DNA of 64,000 nucleotides from an uncultured bacterium (GTDB lineage Bacteria; Patescibacteriota; JAHJAL01): NCBI GenBank assembly GCA_938004065.1, contig CALKWM010000009.1, positions 3,330 to 67,329 of the forward strand, read 5' to 3'. Shown piece by piece: positions 55,049 to 64,000 of this stretch (position 1 is its first letter; each line of letters starts with the position of its first letter). The notes under the pieces were generated by a model. It saw only the letters and a program-made list of their open reading frames with translations, ran no database searches and was not told where the DNA came from. The position numbers and the translations under genes were made by a program.

Positions 55049-58000
55049 TTATAAATTATTTTCGGGGAATTTGGCTAAGATTTGTTGTTTGTTGTTGATG
55101 AGGTAGTCGCGACGCTTTCTTAATATTTCTTGTAATAATTTGCGATCATCAAATTCAAGTTTTACGGTATAAGTTAATCTCTCAATATCATCGTCTGATA
55201 AATTTTGCTCAATATTATTTATTTGTCTAGCAATATCTGATTGTGTTAGACCAGGATATTTTCCATTTTTTCTTAAAGAGTCAATTTCCACTACTTTGTC
55301 TTCCCAAAGAATATATTGATCTTCTTTATCAAATGCAGGATTAAAATCTCTGGATAATTTTTTACGATCACCTCTGGATCTGAATAACATAGATCCCCCA
55401 TTATCAATGCGGTATGCTTTACCATCGGTAGCGACATATTGATTAAGTGGAGCGTCCCAATTGGCCAGTAAACAATCGGCGATAAAACCATCATTGAATA
55501 TTTTTTCGTCATAACCGCTATGTTTTCTTTCTTTCCATTCGCTGGCTCGGGCGAGTTTGGTTTCTCCGTTCTCTGCTTGAAAATTTATTATTTCAGTTTC
55601 GGGAACATCAACACCTAACTTACGATAAATATTGTCTGCCAATTGTTCATGCCATAATCTATTATTTTGCTCGGCAACTTTTTTGTCGTATTCTTCCTGC
55701 GATTCGTTAATTCTCCTATTTGGCTTGAGCATAAATTTAAGATAGTATTCTTTGTCGTACAGAACTTCATTTATTTTGAATTTACCACCATCGGTATTTC
55801 CACCCAGATTACCAGTAATTCTTTCGTAGTTTTTGAAGGTGGAAATAGATATGTTGTTATTGATAGCTTGTGAGTAGTTTTTTTCAAGTTGAATTTCATT
55901 CTCTGGTATTTTATAACCAGAAAAATCACCAAAACCAGCTAGAAAATTGTAATCGATACCGGTAGTAGGTGATTTTACACGGATAACTTCTTTGTTTAAT
56001 GATTCCATCAATATTTTAGTGTCTTTAAATTTTGCATTATCAATATTGTTCTTTTTCCTAAATAAATCTAAACCATCATTAAAATTAATGTTTATTGCTC
56101 TTGTATTTTGAGGAACATCAAAATAAAATACTCCTCTGGGCTGTTTTTCCTTGGGTAACTCATTGATTAAATTATTGAAATATTCCTCACTAGTAATCAA
56201 ATCATTCCTGGATTGATCTTCGGCAATAACAAATATTCTTTTTTCAATTGGTATTTCATCACCGTTATCATCAAATATCAATTCTTCCATTTTCAAATTT
56301 TTAGGAGCCATGAAAACAGTATCTTCAAATGTTATTTTGTGTTCATCCAATATGTCATTTGTACCAGGTTCTACTAATTCGTTATTTTTACCGCGAATAC
56401 CTACATCATTAGCCGAAAATGTAATACTATTATTAATATCAAAAATATGTCCGCCAATCAGTCTTCCTTTCATGAGATGTGTCACTGGATGAGTGATAAA
56501 AGCACCAGGACATTTCATATTCCAGTCTTTCAATAAATGCTCAACGCCTCCATCAAAATATGCACCGTTGTAAGAATTATGGACGGCTGCTGAAGGGTGT
56601 TGAAATCTTCGCACTCCTTCATGATAACCATCTCTAAGATTTAGTGCTCTGGTAGATGCTTGATATCCATCTTTTAAAACATATGCACTGCCTGATGTAA
56701 TATGACATAACATACCACCGTGATTAAACAAAGAATTGAATTCGGTTATATTTTCTGGTTTAGAAAACTGTGATAATATATTTTTTACTTCTCTTAAGGT
56801 ATATTTTGATTCTCTGAAACTAAATATTTTTTCTATTCCTTTTTGGCCAATAATTTTTTCAATGATCTTAAATTTTGCTGTATTTTTATATATTTGAAAG
56901 TTATTAAAATATTCATATGACACTTCTTGTTCAGAACCTATGCTTGATATCAAATTGTCTATTATACTTCTATCAATTCTTGTCATATCTTTACCTGAAA
57001 TTAAATTCCTTAATTTATTTAATATTTTTTCTTTATTTCCTGCAAATTTCCCTTCAGAATTTATAGTTTCTTTAATGTATACATTGGTTGCATAATCAAC
57101 CATCTTCTTTTCAATAATATTTTCACCACTAAGTATTTTTGAGGTCAGACCGTATTTTTTTTTGTTTACTCTTGCGTAATTAAACAATTCTGTAGCCATT
57201 TGACCAAATATCATCTTTATTACTTTTTCATTATCCTCTTTGACTAATGCTGAATTGTCTGTGTTTTTATTGTTGAATTCAATATTCAAATCATCATGCA
57301 ATTTAAATTGACTATCTAATTCGAGGTTATAAATATTGCTAAAGGTTCTTTTAAAAGCATCCAAACTTTCTTTGTTTTTAATAACCTGATCTAAAATGTT
57401 GCTTATTTCACTATTGATATCAAAATAGCTTTTACTTTCAACACGCTCCAGACCTGATAATTGAGCACCGATACTTTTAAATTTCAAAAAATCTTCTCGA
57501 CTATATAGCCTGTCTTTATTATTTATAATTAATTTCTTATATTCATTTAACGCACTAATTTCATCGACAAACTTTCCTTTGTCCGGTTGGTGTTTGTAAT
57601 TTTTGATCAATTCATCGATGACATATTGCTCCAATTCGACTTTTTCGCGGGGGATAATGTTGTCCTCGCCCTCTTGGTAAATAATTTTGTTGAGGACAGT
57701 TTCTTTCAGTTGTGTGATTTGATCAGACAAGATAAATACTTTATCCCGCTCGGCTTCTAAATTTTTTTGTTCAATTAATTTTTGGATTTCTTCAATTTGG
57801 GGTTTTAGTGTTTCGATCTGATTGTAATGGGGTCGCTGGGTTTCAACCACCGCAGTCAAATCTGATGAATCTCCGAGATATTTACCAATCAGATTTTTGT
57901 AGGCAAATTTGAAATCAATTTTTTTGTTTTGTTTGATGTTTTCCCAGACATCTTTGATATTTTCTATGTAAGGTTGAGCATCTTTATCAAATTGCTTATT

Positions 58001-59158
58001 TAAATTTTGTTTAGCAATTACCATTCCCGCTTCGGCTTCGGCAAGCTGTTGTTCCGTCTCCATTTGTTTTTTCTCCAGATCTTGGATTTCTTGTTTCCTT
58101 TGCGTCAATCTCTGTTCCACCTCAGCTCTCTTGGCCGGATTTGAAGGTTGGGATAAGTTTAATTTTTGATTGAATCCGATATCCGATTCGGAAATTTTGA
58201 TGATATTGTCAATTTTTTCTTTGATTTCCGGTTTGGCAAATTCTTGTTTGATTTGTGGAAATCTTTTTTCAACAACTCGATAATTTAATTCACGAGTTTC
58301 AATGTTGGGAGATTTTTCGTATATTCTTTGCAAACTATCTAACTTTTCCCGCTGGGCCATTTTTTTCTGGTGTTCTTGAAAAATTTCTTTGACCAAACCA
58401 AGATATTGTTGGCGATCTTTGATAATTCCTTCTTTATATGCACCGCGAATTTTATTGATATCTTCAGTCAAAAAATTTCGATGATCGTCGAATAGATACT
58501 TTTCTTCAAAATTTCTAATCTTAGTATCTTTTTCTAGGTCGATTATGCCGGCATCATGCATATCAATCAAATTCAAACCTTTGGGTGTGAGGATAGGTTG
58601 AGCTGTGCCGTTTTTATTGAAGTGTTCCAATGATTCTTTGCGAAAATATTTGTCACCTTTATCACCAATTAATTTTTGCAGTTCAAAATAACGATCGATC
58701 AGTTTAATTTTCAGATTCCTACGACTTTCAAATACTTTTTCCGATTCCTCACTAAACAGAATTTCACCTGTCTTGTTTTCATAATCAGCTTCTTTGGATA
58801 AATGATACGACATTTGTTCATAGTCATCATACGCTCCTTCCAGCAAGGCATCTCGATTGTATTCGATCATCCAAATTGCATGGTGGATTTTGTCGTAATC
58901 AGCTCCTTTGCCCATTTCTTCATTTTTTCTGCCGAGATAGTTATTAACGAGCTTTTGATCAATAAATCCATACTTTTCAGCGTCGAATAACTTTTCATAT
59001 GCACTGAAGTTAACATAATCAGCGGCTTTGTTGTCAGCATTTTTGAACTGATTAATGTGTTTTGTGATATCTGATTTATAGATATCATAATCCTCCAAAA
59101 CTTCTTGAGTTCTAATTTGTTCTGATGATCTGGTTGTTTTTAGGCTAGAAATTGACAT
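55049..59158 (-). CDS. Giant (1369 aa) coiled-coil-rich protein with a C-terminal PI3K/PI4K-like (atypical kinase) catalytic motif
   Basis: No signal peptide. Long charged helical regions. The C-terminal region has a Gly-rich loop GNLGGNTDGGKFKI and a Lys in YYLKF. The catalytic/activation segment DCLLANWDAPLNQYVATDGKAYRIDNGG aligns with the PI3/4-kinase signature GDRHxxN-x6-G-x-L-x-HIDFG (the His is replaced). Confidence 0.45.
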   Translation of the reverse strand: MSISSLKTTRSSEQIRTQEVLEDYDIYKSDITKHINQFKNADNKAADYVNFSAYEKLFDAEKYGFIDQKLVNNYLGRKNEEMGKGADYDKIHHAIWMIEYNRDALLEGAYDDYEQMSYHLSKEADYENKTGEILFSEESEKVFESRRNLKIKLIDRYFELQKLIGDKGDKYFRKESLEHFNKNGTAQPILTPKGLNLIDMHDAGIIDLEKDTKIRNFEEKYLFDDHRNFLTEDINKIRGAYKEGIIKDRQQYLGLVKEIFQEHQKKMAQREKLDSLQRIYEKSPNIETRELNYRVVEKRFPQIKQEFAKPEIKEKIDNIIKISESDIGFNQKLNLSQPSNPAKRAEVEQRLTQRKQEIQDLEKKQMETEQQLAEAEAGMVIAKQNLNKQFDKDAQPYIENIKDVWENIKQNKKIDFKFAYKNLIGKYLGDSSDLTAVVETQRPHYNQIETLKPQIEEIQKLIEQKNLEAERDKVFILSDQITQLKETVLNKIIYQEGEDNIIPREKVELEQYVIDELIKNYKHQPDKGKFVDEISALNEYKKLIINNKDRLYSREDFLKFKSIGAQLSGLERVESKSYFDINSEISNILDQVIKNKESLDAFKRTFSNIYNLELDSQFKLHDDLNIEFNNKNTDNSALVKEDNEKVIKMIFGQMATELFNYARVNKKKYGLTSKILSGENIIEKKMVDYATNVYIKETINSEGKFAGNKEKILNKLRNLISGKDMTRIDRSIIDNLISSIGSEQEVSYEYFNNFQIYKNTAKFKIIEKIIGQKGIEKIFSFRESKYTLREVKNILSQFSKPENITEFNSLFNHGGMLCHITSGSAYVLKDGYQASTRALNLRDGYHEGVRRFQHPSAAVHNSYNGAYFDGGVEHLLKDWNMKCPGAFITHPVTHLMKGRLIGGHIFDINNSITFSANDVGIRGKNNELVEPGTNDILDEHKITFEDTVFMAPKNLKMEELIFDDNGDEIPIEKRIFVIAEDQSRNDLITSEEYFNNLINELPKEKQPRGVFYFDVPQNTRAININFNDGLDLFRKKNNIDNAKFKDTKILMESLNKEVIRVKSPTTGIDYNFLAGFGDFSGYKIPENEIQLEKNYSQAINNNISISTFKNYERITGNLGGNTDGGKFKINEVLYDKEYYLKFMLKPNRRINESQEEYDKKVAEQNNRLWHEQLADNIYRKLGVDVPETEIINFQAENGETKLARASEWKERKHSGYDEKIFNDGFIADCLLANWDAPLNQYVATDGKAYRIDNGGSMLFRSRGDRKKLSRDFNPAFDKEDQYILWEDKVVEIDSLRKNGKYPGLTQSDIARQINNIEQNLSDDDIERLTYTVKLEFDDRKLLQEILRKRRDYLINNKQQILAKFPENNL

Positions 59159-59233
59159 TTTGGTATTTGTATTTAAATCTCATTATTGTACCAAAATTTT
59201 GATTATTTAGCAAGGTTTTTATGGGATATATAA

Positions 59234-59345
59234 CCGTAGGGGCAATTCATGAATTGCCCCTACAAAAACACAATAATGGACAAAACGATAGGTTAAGTCC
59301 CTACGGAAATACAAAATTGGACAAGCCGAGGCATGTCCCTACGAA
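59234..59345. repeat. GTAGGGGC palindrome plus two GTCCCTACG repeats between the giant gene and trxB
   Basis: ccgtaggggcaattcatgaattgcccctac is a perfect 28-nt palindrome. Its 16-mer gtaggggcaattcatg is also present at 23483. Confidence 0.5.
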
Positions 59346-59346
59346 T

Positions 59347-60267
59347 TTAATCCTGATTCTCCAGCCAACGGAGGCAATCGATAGCGGCTTTGCATCCTTC
59401 TCCCGCGGCCACCACCGCCTGCCGGTAAATCTTGTCCGAGATATCACCGGCGATAAAAACGCCTTCGATGCTAGTCATGGTGTTGATACAGCCCGTGCGA
59501 TCAATGTATCCTTCGGCATCAGTTTTGATCTGATCGCCATAAACAGCCGTGGTGGGCACATGACCGATGGCAAAAAACAATCCATCGGCTGGAATTTCTT
59601 GGATAGCATTGGAATTGTTATTGATAACCTTGACTCCCGACAATTTTTCCGTTCCGATGTACTCTACAACTTCACTATTGTACCAAATCTCAATTTTGGG
59701 ATTGTTTTGAGCGCGTTCGAGCATGATGGCGCTGGCTCTGGCTTTGTCGGAACGAATCATGATTTTGACATTGTCGGCAAATTTGGTTAAAAAACTGGCT
59801 TCTTCCATAGCGCTATCACCACCACCAACGATAATCACATTTTTGCCTTTGAAAAAAGCGGCGTCACAGGTGGCACAAACGGACAATCCACGGCCGATGA
59901 ATTCTTTTTCCCGATCGAGTTTGAGAGTGCGGGGCTTGGTGCCGGAAGAGATGATAACCGCCTTGGTTTCATGCCATTGATCATTGATTTTTACTCGCTT
60001 GGGCGTGGATTTAAAATCAACTTCCTGGACATCGTTAAGCATAAATTTGGCGCCAAATTTTTCGGCTTGTTTTTTCATATCTCCCATCAAGGTTGGACCT
60101 AAAACGGCATTGGGAAAGCCGGGGAAATTTTCCACTTCGGTAGTCCACATAAGCAATCCCCCCCATTGAATACCGGCAGCTACCAGAGGTTTTAAGTCGG
60201 CGCGAGCGGTGTAGATGGCAGCGGTCATGCCGGCGGGACCGGAACCGATGATGATGACGTTTTCCAT
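59347..60267 (-). CDS. trxB: Thioredoxin-disulfide reductase
   Basis: FAD motif IIIGSGPAGMTAA, redox-active CATC, NADPH motif VIIVGGGDSAMEEA. Confidence 0.92.
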   Translation of the reverse strand: MENVIIIGSGPAGMTAAIYTARADLKPLVAAGIQWGGLLMWTTEVENFPGFPNAVLGPTLMGDMKKQAEKFGAKFMLNDVQEVDFKSTPKRVKINDQWHETKAVIISSGTKPRTLKLDREKEFIGRGLSVCATCDAAFFKGKNVIIVGGGDSAMEEASFLTKFADNVKIMIRSDKARASAIMLERAQNNPKIEIWYNSEVVEYIGTEKLSGVKVINNNSNAIQEIPADGLFFAIGHVPTTAVYGDQIKTDAEGYIDRTGCINTMTSIEGVFIAGDISDKIYRQAVVAAGEGCKAAIDCLRWLENQD

Positions 60268-60456
60268 GTATTTTTAAATTTAGAAAATAAAAATAATTTG
60301 CTTGTTAATTATATCTAAAAAATGTCATTTAAAAAAATATCTCCGATAAATGAGATATCCTGTGTTTAAGTGGATTAAAAAAAAGTAAATAAAGAGTAAA
60401 GTGGACACAGATAATTAAATGCTTGAGTAACTCGCTAATTACCCTTACTTATCATG

Positions 60457-61539
60457 TTAATTGCTTATTTCGCATTCCGAATCAATTTGTCCGAGATAAT
60501 TTTCGATTCCGCTGTTTAGGTCGGTCAAATAAACATCAATGGCGTGACCAAAATCAAATATACTGCGATTGATACTGATTCCAAATTTATGGTTTGTGTC
60601 GGTATAAGCATTACCCAAAGCAAATTTTTGACGGTTGTTTTCATCCGTCAGATAAAAAGTTGCTTTGACCGGTGCCGATAAATTGTCCGGATCGCTAGCA
60701 TGACCGTTGATATTGATAATCGGTCGATAGCCGGCGTCGAAATTGCATTCCACTTTGTCTATCGAACCGCCTACATTGTCCGATGAGTGTAAATAGTTAA
60801 CCTCGACTCCGCCTTTGAATTTTTCGTTGCCAACCGAAAAGCCGATTTCGGCTTTGGTGGTTTTTTGGTCGTAAATATCATAGACTACTTGTAGCTCGAT
60901 GATACCGTGATGGTTAGTGTAGTAACCTTTGATATCTTGAGTTCGGGTTGAATCATCGAAAAAATAATCGGTGATATTGACAATCACCGGCTCGTTTACT
61001 ATCGGTTCACCAAATTGGTCGATAAGTTTGATTTCCAACACGGCAAAATCCCGGCCATCGGTCTTGATTTCATTTTTGCTGATGGAAATGGCTGATCGCC
61101 CTTGAGAAAATTTAGATAGGCCGTTATCACTACAACTGATCGATTTTTCATCCAAGGTAATAAATTCTCCCGTCTGTTGATCAAAAGCCTGCAGAGTAAT
61201 AGTGCCGTTGGTAGTATAACTGGCGATATTTTTGTCGGTAAAATTGGCCGGATTGGCTAGATAGCTGTTATTGACCGAACGGCCGTCTTTTATAAAACGT
61301 AGTCGAATTTTACCGATACCATGATCGGGGTTCGTGGCTGATCCGGTGGCGTAAATTTGTTTGCCGGATATTCCATCATGTCGGCAATACAGTTGGTCAA
61401 TTTGACCGCTGAGATGCGATTTGTCCGAATTGGTTGAATACGCCAAAGCAGAGACTAAAAATACCATAATCAACATTGGTACAAATATTACCTCTTCAAA
61501 TACATCAAAAATTGCTTTGGCTTTGGTTTTGTTTTTCAT
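60457..61539 (-). CDS. Membrane-anchored/secreted protein with Big-like repeats, hypothetical
   Basis: 360 aa. N-terminal TM helix. Repeats ITLQAFDQQTGEFITLDEKS and FAVLEIKLIDQFGEPIVNEPVIV resemble invasin/Big_1 strands. Confidence 0.4.
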   Translation of the reverse strand: MKNKTKAKAIFDVFEEVIFVPMLIMVFLVSALAYSTNSDKSHLSGQIDQLYCRHDGISGKQIYATGSATNPDHGIGKIRLRFIKDGRSVNNSYLANPANFTDKNIASYTTNGTITLQAFDQQTGEFITLDEKSISCSDNGLSKFSQGRSAISISKNEIKTDGRDFAVLEIKLIDQFGEPIVNEPVIVNITDYFFDDSTRTQDIKGYYTNHHGIIELQVVYDIYDQKTTKAEIGFSVGNEKFKGGVEVNYLHSSDNVGGSIDKVECNFDAGYRPIININGHASDPDNLSAPVKATFYLTDENNRQKFALGNAYTDTNHKFGISINRSIFDFGHAIDVYLTDLNSGIENYLGQIDSECEISN

Positions 61540-61600
61540 TTTTATTTTTCATGTCATTGTACCTTATTTTGATGAATTTTTCAAGGGCAAAAAAGGACGA

Positions 61601-61737
61601 GTGCCCGCCTCATCGGCGGGCGGGCAAGGGTTGAGAAAAACACTAAAGCGGACACATGGGTCCGCTAAAAATCACAAGGGGCGACCGCAAGGGTCGCTAT
61701 AAAAGGCAAGGGGCGGACACATGGGTCCGCCCGTACG
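61601..61737. repeat. Cluster of GC-rich hairpin repeats (GCGGACACATGGGTCCGC x2, GGCGACCGCAAGGGTCGC, GCCCGCCTCATCGGCGGGC)
   Basis: About 137 bp of consecutive palindromes between two paralogous surface-protein genes. Shares the GGGGCGGAC...GTCCGCCCGTAC and GGCGACC modules with 17236-17307. Confidence 0.55.
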
Positions 61738-61757
61738 TATTAAAAAAAGTGATTTTT

Positions 61758-63578
61758 TTACAATCCGGCGATTTTTTCCATGGCCGATTGGATGGCCGGA
61801 CTGGCGGAGAGAATTTGATTAAAGATTTCCTCCAGATCATCCAGAGTCAGATACTCATCCGGTTCGGTGAAATAAAAACGCTCACCATAATTATCTAGAT
61901 ATATCTCAAATTCACCATTATCATTATACGGTTGGTCCTGCGTCATAGTAATTTTGTAAAGTAAATTGTCTTCTATACCCAGATAGATTTCTCCCTGATA
62001 GATATTTTCGATGATTACACAATTGATGTGTGCTTCACCAAGGGTATCTCCGCAATCATATGCCGGAGTTATATTGTTGTTATATAGAGGTGAGAGAGAG
62101 ATGGCTTTGGATAGTTGTGTTTCGTTGATAGTATAACTGTAATGATTGGTTTGATGTCCATTAATTATTTCCGTGCCAATAAACTCATTTACCACAATAG
62201 CTCCGGAATACTTGATAGCATTTTTGATTTTCTCTTCAGTTTGGGCATCAACCTGATTGTACTCATCATTGATCAGATATAGATTGTCCAAGTCATCGAT
62301 TGAGTCGGCCAGTTTCTGCCGAATTTCTTCCTGATCAAGTTTGATCCACTGGCCATCAATCTGATTTAGTTCGGTGTATCCGAGTTTTTCCAGGTCGGAG
62401 ATGTTGAGTTTGATATAGCTTAAACTGTCACCCAATTGGCGCATCTCCAGACCGAGAGTATAGTTTTCGGCAGAAATTTTGTCATTCATGGACAAATCAA
62501 AGGCCGAGTTGGCCACTGAATTGTCGGGATCAGTCGCGTCTATTTCCATATATCCGGAAAGAATCATATCCATTTCGTCGGAATTTATCTCATAATTTAT
62601 GCTAGCTGTCAGACTTTCTTGAAGAATCATCTTTGTCCAGCTATCGTAAACATCGTCTTGGATGGATTTATCGGCGATAATTTCGACTTCGCACACGATA
62701 TCCGGGTCATTGTATTTGTGGTCAAACCAGGTTTGGTTTTCGGCCACCAGCCACATATTTAAACTATATAACTCACCCACTTGAGCATCGGATGGAGCAT
62801 GAACGGAAAGTTCGAAATGGCCGATTTCTCCCGGATTGACAACGGATTCAATCAGCTTGGCCGGACGATTGGGGCTCAGCCAATTTGAACCAAATAGTGA
62901 ACTATTTAGATCGCCGTTCACGGCCAAATGTACCGGAAATTCACCATCTCGATACCAGGTAGTATTGCCGGTATTGGTAACTTCATAATCAAGCGTTTCT
63001 TCGGTGCCGGCTTCCATAAGCAGTTTTTTGTAGCTACCGCCGATATAATTTTCGATCTGGGCATCATAATTTGGATGGGAGTTGTCGATAGTTATGTCCC
63101 AGCAAAGACCTTTGTCTGCCATCCAGCTAATGCCTTCGATCAAAGGGGCAAAACATTCGGTATATTGACCGGGTGAGATGTAGTCAGGCGCAGTTATAAA
63201 AAATCCGAAATTAACTTGGTCGCCGAAACTGATCTGATCTTGATCGGCTACATGGACACGGTTGGGACTAAGCCAGTTGTTGTCGGTAAAAAATTGACTG
63301 GAGCGGTCTTGCGGGCGAGTTGTGCCCAGGCGTATCGGATTGGGAGTGTCACACCATCCGTTTCCACAGTACTGCTGATCGGTCCAATCAGCAAACCAGG
63401 TGGAGTTACTGTTGTTTTGCAAAGTGGTCCAAAGGATTGTTTGTTCACCGGGAGCGAGAATGGGATTGTCAGATTTGGCGACGATTTGATAGTCATCCGG
63501 TACAATTTGGGCATGAACCGGTAATAGTTGCGAACCCAGAAGAAAGACAATGGCAAAAAGCGGTAAGATTTTTTTCAT
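61758..63578 (-). CDS. Secreted surface protein, paralogue of the N-terminal half of 45389-48319
   Basis: 606 aa. Signal peptide. Two modules with PI(R/H)LGTTRPQDRSSQFF...WLSPNR and PGEIGHFELSVHAP motifs collinear with 45389-48319. Confidence 0.5.
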   Translation of the reverse strand: MKKILPLFAIVFLLGSQLLPVHAQIVPDDYQIVAKSDNPILAPGEQTILWTTLQNNSNSTWFADWTDQQYCGNGWCDTPNPIRLGTTRPQDRSSQFFTDNNWLSPNRVHVADQDQISFGDQVNFGFFITAPDYISPGQYTECFAPLIEGISWMADKGLCWDITIDNSHPNYDAQIENYIGGSYKKLLMEAGTEETLDYEVTNTGNTTWYRDGEFPVHLAVNGDLNSSLFGSNWLSPNRPAKLIESVVNPGEIGHFELSVHAPSDAQVGELYSLNMWLVAENQTWFDHKYNDPDIVCEVEIIADKSIQDDVYDSWTKMILQESLTASINYEINSDEMDMILSGYMEIDATDPDNSVANSAFDLSMNDKISAENYTLGLEMRQLGDSLSYIKLNISDLEKLGYTELNQIDGQWIKLDQEEIRQKLADSIDDLDNLYLINDEYNQVDAQTEEKIKNAIKYSGAIVVNEFIGTEIINGHQTNHYSYTINETQLSKAISLSPLYNNNITPAYDCGDTLGEAHINCVIIENIYQGEIYLGIEDNLLYKITMTQDQPYNDNGEFEIYLDNYGERFYFTEPDEYLTLDDLEEIFNQILSASPAIQSAMEKIAGL

Positions 63579-63792
63579 TTATTATTTTAAATATTAAGAT
63601 TTAATTGTACAAAATTTTGGTGAGTATGGCTAAATATTAATAAAATTAATCTCAGCTTAAAATAAATTTAATTTGCATATTGATAAAGTTTGAATTAGAA
63701 TAAATGTAAGTTAAAATTTTTGTTTATTATTTATTTATCTTCCTTTTGGCTATTGTCCAAAGGGTGGGCTCATAAGATAATGGAGTTTTGTG

Positions 63793-64000
63793 ATGTACAA
63801 ATACGAATTTGCGCACATTATAGAGTGCGAGGGTAAAAAAGAAGATGAAATTCAAGCGGTAATCGGTCAGGTGCGACAATTGATCGCCGACTTGGGTGGC
63901 AGAATTCAGAAAGAAGACGTTTGGGGCCAAAAAGATCTGACCTATGAGATCAAGAAACAAAATCATGGTTTCTACATGTTCACTATCCTCACAATGGACG
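63793..64000 (+). CDS. rpsF: 30S ribosomal protein S6, 5' portion (continues beyond the window)
   Basis: MYKYEFAHIIEC...VIGQVRQLIADLGGRIQKEDVWGQKDLTYEIKKQNHGFYMFTIL matches the S6 N-terminal ferredoxin-like fold consensus (YE.vfi..p......v...i...g.i....dwG.r.LAY.I.k...g.Y). Confidence 0.7.
   Translation, partial: MYKYEFAHIIECEGKKEDEIQAVIGQVRQLIADLGGRIQKEDVWGQKDLTYEIKKQNHGFYMFTILTMD

Noticed and set aside
61421-61702. 93-aa plus-strand ORF spanning the GC-rich hairpin cluster
   Set aside because: Its translation (Gly/Arg/Ser-rich) is produced by the palindromic repeats themselves and it overlaps the start of 60457-61539
4995-61737. GC-rich repeats considered as a CRISPR array
   Set aside because: Copies are dispersed over 57 kb, differ in module order, lack regular repeat-spacer periodicity, and no cas genes are present

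Overview
This is an AT-rich bacterial chromosomal segment. By inference it fits a small-genome Patescibacteria/CPR-like organism, based on compact genes, many lineage-specific small proteins, a type-2 IleRS and several Nudix paralogues. No cas, integrase or transposase genes were recognised. The core housekeeping genes are: leuS (7520-10030, -), ileS (14324-17227, +), secA (36210-38927, +), def and fmt (28312-29890, +), rpsP plus a KH protein (29986-31057, +), two tandem cmk paralogues (34381-36060, +), trxB (59347-60267, -), queG (4634-5638, +), yifB/comM (48653-50167, +), a DD-carboxypeptidase (31175-32149, +), a two-NBD Clp ATPase (51880-54552, -) and the 5' part of rpsF (63793 onwards). 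There is one RNA gene, a class-II tRNA-Leu(UAA) at 23240-23323. It is followed by a hicB/hicA toxin-antitoxin pair in which hicA is frameshifted at an A6 run, then an RGG/double zinc-ribbon protein and a GIY-YIG nuclease. The accessory content includes giant secreted or surface proteins of 1208 aa, 976 aa (with a 606-aa paralogue) and 1369 aa. Three families of short repeats are present. The first is a GGATGACAG-containing inverted-repeat element (seven full and one partial copy, all in the same orientation). The second is a set of GC-rich GTAGGGGC / GGGCGACC / GCGGAC palindromic modules, one of which sits in-frame inside queG. The third is a set of AT-rich TATTGA and TTAAATGG repeats flanking secA and lying upstream of the 22440 gene. 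The most system-like candidate is the minus-strand cluster at 50.2-59.2 kb. It holds an RNHCP protein, a possibly PT-TG-like protein, a membrane-anchored Zn-ribbon ClpC-like AAA+ ATPase, a small membrane protein and a 1369-aa protein with a PI3/PI4-kinase-like catalytic motif, and its genes are separated by the GGATGACAG elements. No CRISPR array or rRNA was seen.
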